From IMG/VR virus record IMGVR_UViG_3300035703_002708: a stretch of 64,000 nucleotides of DNA; one strand, written 5' to 3'. The notes beneath the pieces were generated by a model, which saw only the letters and a list, made by a program, of their open reading frames with translations, ran no database searches and was not told the origin of the DNA. The translations under genes were made by a program, and so were the position numbers. Origin of the DNA: a virus (Duplodnaviria > Caudoviricetes). Positions 60,066 through 64,000 of this stretch are shown here, one piece after another. Positions within the stretch are counted from its first letter, which is position 1; each line of letters starts with the position of its first letter.

Positions 60066-60905
60066 ATGATTGAGATACATAATGAATGGGACCCATTTGA
60101 CAATGGAGAGTGGTTCGCAACGGAAAGAAAAAATTTCGGACATAAGTTGTTTGCATATATTATCCCACGAATAATGTCGGAATTATTGAATTACAATTTA
60201 ATTGTTCCAGAAAATTCATACATTGGAAAAATAAACAAAGAAAATGGTAATGAATTTGAGAAAGTTTTATTTCCATATACTAGCATAACCGACAGATTGT
60301 CTTTCACTGACAATGTTGTGGAGCTCAATGACGAATCACTTAATGGTAGTGATATCGAGACATTTGTTAAAAATATAAATGGAAATAAAATATATTCTAA
60401 ATGTCACTGTTCTAATTACAACTACATAAAACCTCACAAGAGTTTGGTTAGAGAAATCCTAAAAGATTTGATAGTACCGAAATCTCACGAAAATGACATA
60501 TTACTTTTTTTGAGGAAAAGTAGAAGAGCACATACATATCGTCTACCTGATAGTTACTATTTGAATATTTTAGAAAACGAAAGTTTTGACAAGATGTACT
60601 TATCGGTGGATGATATTGACAGACACTACAACCTATATCAAAATTTAAAAAAGTATGACCCAATAATACTTGAGGGTGATATACTCGAAAATTTTAAAAA
60701 GGCCACATCATTCAACAAAATGATTTGTTCTCAGGGACAATTTGCGTTTTGGGCAGCTTGGCTGTCTGATGCGGACAAAATATATTGGCCAATAACAAAT
60801 GCAGGGCCTAATGCAGGACCCGAAGTACATCGTCACCACTTAAATTTAAAAGTCGACGACGAAGAAAGGTATACATTTATTAACATAGAAAACATTTATC
60901 ATTGA
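60066..60905 (+). CDS. GT11-like (alpha-1,2-fucosyltransferase-related) protein, divergent
   Basis: NFGHKLFAY (cf. GLGNQMFQY), LPDSYY, and ICSQGQFAFWAAWLS (cf. SNSTFSWWAAYL); the HxR motif is replaced by FLRK. Confidence 0.6.
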   Translation: MIEIHNEWDPFDNGEWFATERKNFGHKLFAYIIPRIMSELLNYNLIVPENSYIGKINKENGNEFEKVLFPYTSITDRLSFTDNVVELNDESLNGSDIETFVKNINGNKIYSKCHCSNYNYIKPHKSLVREILKDLIVPKSHENDILLFLRKSRRAHTYRLPDSYYLNILENESFDKMYLSVDDIDRHYNLYQNLKKYDPIILEGDILENFKKATSFNKMICSQGQFAFWAAWLSDADKIYWPITNAGPNAGPEVHRHHLNLKVDDEERYTFINIENIYH

Positions 60906-61870
60906 TGAAAAAAAAAATTAAAATAACGAGAGGAAATTTTTGTAACAATTGTAGTTATTACTTGGTTAATTATTTAGTAAATTTACTCAAAAAAAATTAT
61001 GATGTAGAAATTTCTAACGACAACCCCGACATAGTTTTTTTCTCCAATCAATTCGTGAGTACAAGTAATTTGGACGAATACACCGGTGAAAATGCTAAAA
61101 CAGAATACGATTTTCCTAACGCAAAGAAAGTTTTCATAAGCGGTGAGGCGGTGGCCAATTACGATTATTATACGACAAAAAGTGACCAACACTTTACAAT
61201 TGGTAAACCTGGTGACTTGAATAACGAAAGGCATTTGAATATTTCATATTTTTCTATTGTTTCGGCATGGCAATTATGGGATGAATGTAAAATGTTCGAT
61301 AGTCCATTTGGTTGGTTAACGCAAAAGAAAAACTTGGGAGAAATTTTAAAAAATAAAAAATATTTTGCGGCAATAGTACAACAATCGACAAATGACTATA
61401 GAAGAGGTTTGTTTGATAACCTTTGTACCATAGAAAAGGTTAGGTCTTGTGGAGGTTTTGAAACTAATATACCTGATTGTTCTTTAGCGAACAGAGGTAG
61501 AACAGAAGCTGAAGCTTACGGCAACAAAGTAAAGTTTCTCTCAGAACATTTTTTTTCCTTACAGGTGCAATCAACGACTTTAGATTGGTTCACCCAAGAA
61601 AAAATAATCCAAGCATATGCCGCAAACACAATACCAATTTTTTGGGGTAACCCACAGATTTTAGATGATGGATTTAATCCTGAATCATTTATTAATTGTC
61701 ATAATTATTCTTCAATAGAAGAGGTTACAGAAAAAGTTAGAGAAATCTATTCTGATAAAAATAAGGTCTATAAAATGTTATTGGAACCTGTCTTTGTTGA
61801 TAACAAGTTACCGAAAGAGTTTGATGAAGATGTTTTGATTGAGTTTTTAGATAAAATTGTTAAACATTAA
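60905..61870 (+). CDS. GT10-like (alpha-1,3-fucosyltransferase family) protein
   Basis: PDIVF, KKVFISGE, and FSLQVQST..WFTQEKIIQAYAANTIPIFWG (GT10 motif), FINCHNY. Confidence 0.8.
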   Translation: MKKKIKITRGNFCNNCSYYLVNYLVNLLKKNYDVEISNDNPDIVFFSNQFVSTSNLDEYTGENAKTEYDFPNAKKVFISGEAVANYDYYTTKSDQHFTIGKPGDLNNERHLNISYFSIVSAWQLWDECKMFDSPFGWLTQKKNLGEILKNKKYFAAIVQQSTNDYRRGLFDNLCTIEKVRSCGGFETNIPDCSLANRGRTEAEAYGNKVKFLSEHFFSLQVQSTTLDWFTQEKIIQAYAANTIPIFWGNPQILDDGFNPESFINCHNYSSIEEVTEKVREIYSDKNKVYKMLLEPVFVDNKLPKEFDEDVLIEFLDKIVKH

Positions 61871-61875
61871 ATATT

Positions 61876-63312
61876 ATGGAGAATTACAAAAACGTTTCCG
61901 CAGAAAACATTTTGAAAAATTTGAGAGACAGAATAAATCAAGAAAATATAACTTTTTTACAGATAGGTGCAAACGACGGTTATACAAATGACATAGCTAG
62001 TCTAATTTTAAAACCATCAGATAAAGGAGTTTTCGTGGAACCCATAAAAGAAAGTTTCGAAAAGTTAATCTCGAACAAAAAAAACTTCTCGAACTCAAAG
62101 TTCGCTAACTTGGCAATATTACCAGATGAACTGCAAGATTACAACGAGATGAATTTGTTATCCGATTGCCCCTCTAATTTAGGTGCATCATTCAGTTTAT
62201 TTAATCGAGGTAGAATAATCAAAACAGAAAAAGTGGATGTGTCAACACCATTGGAATTTCTATACAGTTATAGAATAAACGATTTGGATTTTTTATTTTG
62301 TAACGCTTCGACATTGGACCATTTAATTGTTTTGGACACCGTGAAACGAATACAACCAAAAGTTTTATTCTTCAACACTTGTTATTGGTGTAACAATGAT
62401 TATGAGTTGGAATTAACAGATACTGTAAAGATAACCATTCCATCAAGAAAAAAAATGAAGGAATTTTTAAATAATTTAAATTATGAGGTTATCGATTTAT
62501 GGGAGAATTCGGAAAACAAAAGAGAAGACATATTGGCATTTAAAAAAGAATTGAATGGGGATTTCGTCGAGATAATAGAACCTAAAGTAATCGAAAAATT
62601 AGAACCAAAACAAGTTAGTATTAATCACAATTTAGAAAAGGTAATTTCATTCACACTTTTCGGTAACAACTTAAAATACTATGTTGGTGCGGAAAAAAAT
62701 ATTGAAATTAATAAAAAACTTCTACCTGATTGGACAAACGTAATATACTACCACAAAGACAGTATTTTACCAGGTTATGTAGAAAAATTGACAAACTTGG
62801 GGGCAAAACTAATCGATGTTAGTTCAATTATTATATCGGGAAAAGAAAGCATCCAATTCCAATATTTTTGGAGATTTTTCAGTTTTTTCGAAGAAGGGAT
62901 TTCTATTGTTAGAGATTTAGATAGTAGATTTTCAGAGAGAGAAGTTAAATACATAAACGAATGGTTGAAATCAAGTAAGAATTACTTTATCATACGAGAC
63001 CATCCTTGGCATTCACAAGTACCTAGTGGATTGTTCGGTATCAAAAATAAAGATGAAGAATTCAAAACACATTTCGAAGACTTTATAAAAAATTCAGAAA
63101 TCAGATGGGGAAGCGACCAAGATATACTATTCCAATTCATGGAAAGAAAAAACAAAAATGAAGTTTTTTATTGTGGATTTGATGATAATGAAAACTATAT
63201 TCCAAGAGACAATAAAAATTTCTTTATAGGTATGCAAATAGACGAAAATGAACAACCACTAAACCCAAGTGCGACTGTTGCATTGGAATTTCTAGAAAGT
63301 ATTAATTTATAA
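61876..63312 (+). CDS. fusion of a FkbM-like methyltransferase domain and a putative glycosyltransferase-like domain
   Basis: FLQIGANDG, FVEPI in the N-half; VISFTLFG..KYYVGA, WRFF, IVRDLDSR, IIRDHPWH, GSDQDIL in the C-half. Confidence 0.7.
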   Translation: MENYKNVSAENILKNLRDRINQENITFLQIGANDGYTNDIASLILKPSDKGVFVEPIKESFEKLISNKKNFSNSKFANLAILPDELQDYNEMNLLSDCPSNLGASFSLFNRGRIIKTEKVDVSTPLEFLYSYRINDLDFLFCNASTLDHLIVLDTVKRIQPKVLFFNTCYWCNNDYELELTDTVKITIPSRKKMKEFLNNLNYEVIDLWENSENKREDILAFKKELNGDFVEIIEPKVIEKLEPKQVSINHNLEKVISFTLFGNNLKYYVGAEKNIEINKKLLPDWTNVIYYHKDSILPGYVEKLTNLGAKLIDVSSIIISGKESIQFQYFWRFFSFFEEGISIVRDLDSRFSEREVKYINEWLKSSKNYFIIRDHPWHSQVPSGLFGIKNKDEEFKTHFEDFIKNSEIRWGSDQDILFQFMERKNKNEVFYCGFDDNENYIPRDNKNFFIGMQIDENEQPLNPSATVALEFLESINL

Positions 63313-63314
63313 TA

Positions 63315-64000
63315 ATGGCTTATTCTTATTGTTTCTGTACAGTTGCAGTCGGTCAACCCTACCTTGATTCTGCTTTGACTTTTGCTAAAGTGCTAAATGA
63401 AAAGTCAAAAGGACATCATATGATTATAGTCACTGATGAAACAGTGGAAGAAAAGATAGACAATACCACCATCACCCTATTACCCAACGACAAAAAAAAA
63501 TTTATAGGACCTTGGTTCAATTGGATGTTGAAATACTATCCAATTAAAGTGGCCAAAGATTTGGGTTTCGATTTCATCGTTTTTTTGGACGCTGATTGGA
63601 GACTAACATCATTTTATGACGAAAATGGATTGAGAAACGTTTTCAAATTTATGGTTGAGTCCGATGTCGACATATGTTTTGAAAGACCATACAGGATAGG
63701 TAGTGCGAAAAAAGATGGGCGACATTGTATTTTTTCACATAAAGTCGAATTTTATAATCTATTGGAAACTGAAGAGTACGATGACGGACACGCATGTAAT
63801 GAACAATTCTTGATTTTAAAAAAATCCGAAAAGTTGAACTTGTTCGTATCTAAGTTTGAAGAACTCCATGATAAAAGTTCCGAACACAATATTTGGCCAT
63901 TTTGTGAAGGATTAGAAATTGGAATGTCAATGTCATTCGCAAAAATGAATATGAATTGGGGTGGATGGGAACCACATTTGAGAAACATGTTTGAATTTAC
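63315..64000 (+). CDS. putative GT-A-type glycosyltransferase, truncated by window end (absent from the ORF track)
   Basis: ATG 63315 gives MAYSYCFCTVAVGQPYLDSA...FIVFLDADW..., open to base 64000, with a DxD motif. Confidence 0.65.
   Translation, partial: MAYSYCFCTVAVGQPYLDSALTFAKVLNEKSKGHHMIIVTDETVEEKIDNTTITLLPNDKKKFIGPWFNWMLKYYPIKVAKDLGFDFIVFLDADWRLTSFYDENGLRNVFKFMVESDVDICFERPYRIGSAKKDGRHCIFSHKVEFYNLLETEEYDDGHACNEQFLILKKSEKLNLFVSKFEELHDKSSEHNIWPFCEGLEIGMSMSFAKMNMNWGGWEPHLRNMFEF

Noticed and set aside
1-64000. Eukaryotic giant virus or eukaryotic origin suggested by mucins, GT60, GME and GT6
   Set aside because: The sigma-like gene, PG-binding hydrolase, gp5-like spike, T9SS cargo, intrinsic terminators, overlapping stop/start codons and Bacteroidota promoters all indicate a bacteriophage.
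1-64000. Stop-codon reassignment as in some large Bacteroidota phages
   Set aside because: Long ORFs tile the window under the standard code, and TAA, TGA and TAG all end genes.

Overview
This is an AT-rich, gene-dense segment of a large tailed dsDNA phage genome, read with the standard genetic code. The host is most likely Bacteroidota: there are TAnnTTTG host promoters, a T9SS-sorted cargo protein, Bacteroidota-type housekeeping genes and no Shine-Dalgarno sites. The window has four blocks. (i) 1-12078: virion and late genes, including a PG-binding/CHAP-like hydrolase, a T9SS cargo protein, a gp5/VgrG-like spike and a sigma-factor-like protein. (ii) 12078-29554, minus strand: an operon of about 20 glycan-building and glycan-modifying genes (GT2, GT4-like, GT6, GT77-like, DUF616, FucT-like, FkbM methyltransferases, two epimerases, an AsnB-like amidotransferase) mixed with phoH, dut, a 3'-5' exonuclease and HAD phosphatases. 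(iii) 32276-58742, plus strand: very large Cys-rich proteins (1662, 1308, 4190, 786 and 727 aa), the three largest carrying long mucin-like Thr/Pro stalks. (iv) 58813-64000: a second glycosyltransferase cluster that starts with a GT60-type polypeptide GlcNAc-transferase homologue and continues with GT11-like and GT10-like genes. The leading hypothesis is a phage-encoded mucin-type protein O-glycosylation system that coats giant virion fibres. Other notable observations are a strictly alternating 12-copy CPDCDI(T/S)GNTYLDG repeat with an invariant 258-nt intra-pair spacing, a pervasive [ST][GA]xT tetrapeptide in structural proteins, a TATTTAT late-promoter motif and apparent GATC avoidance. All family assignments come from motif recognition by eye; no database searches were run.
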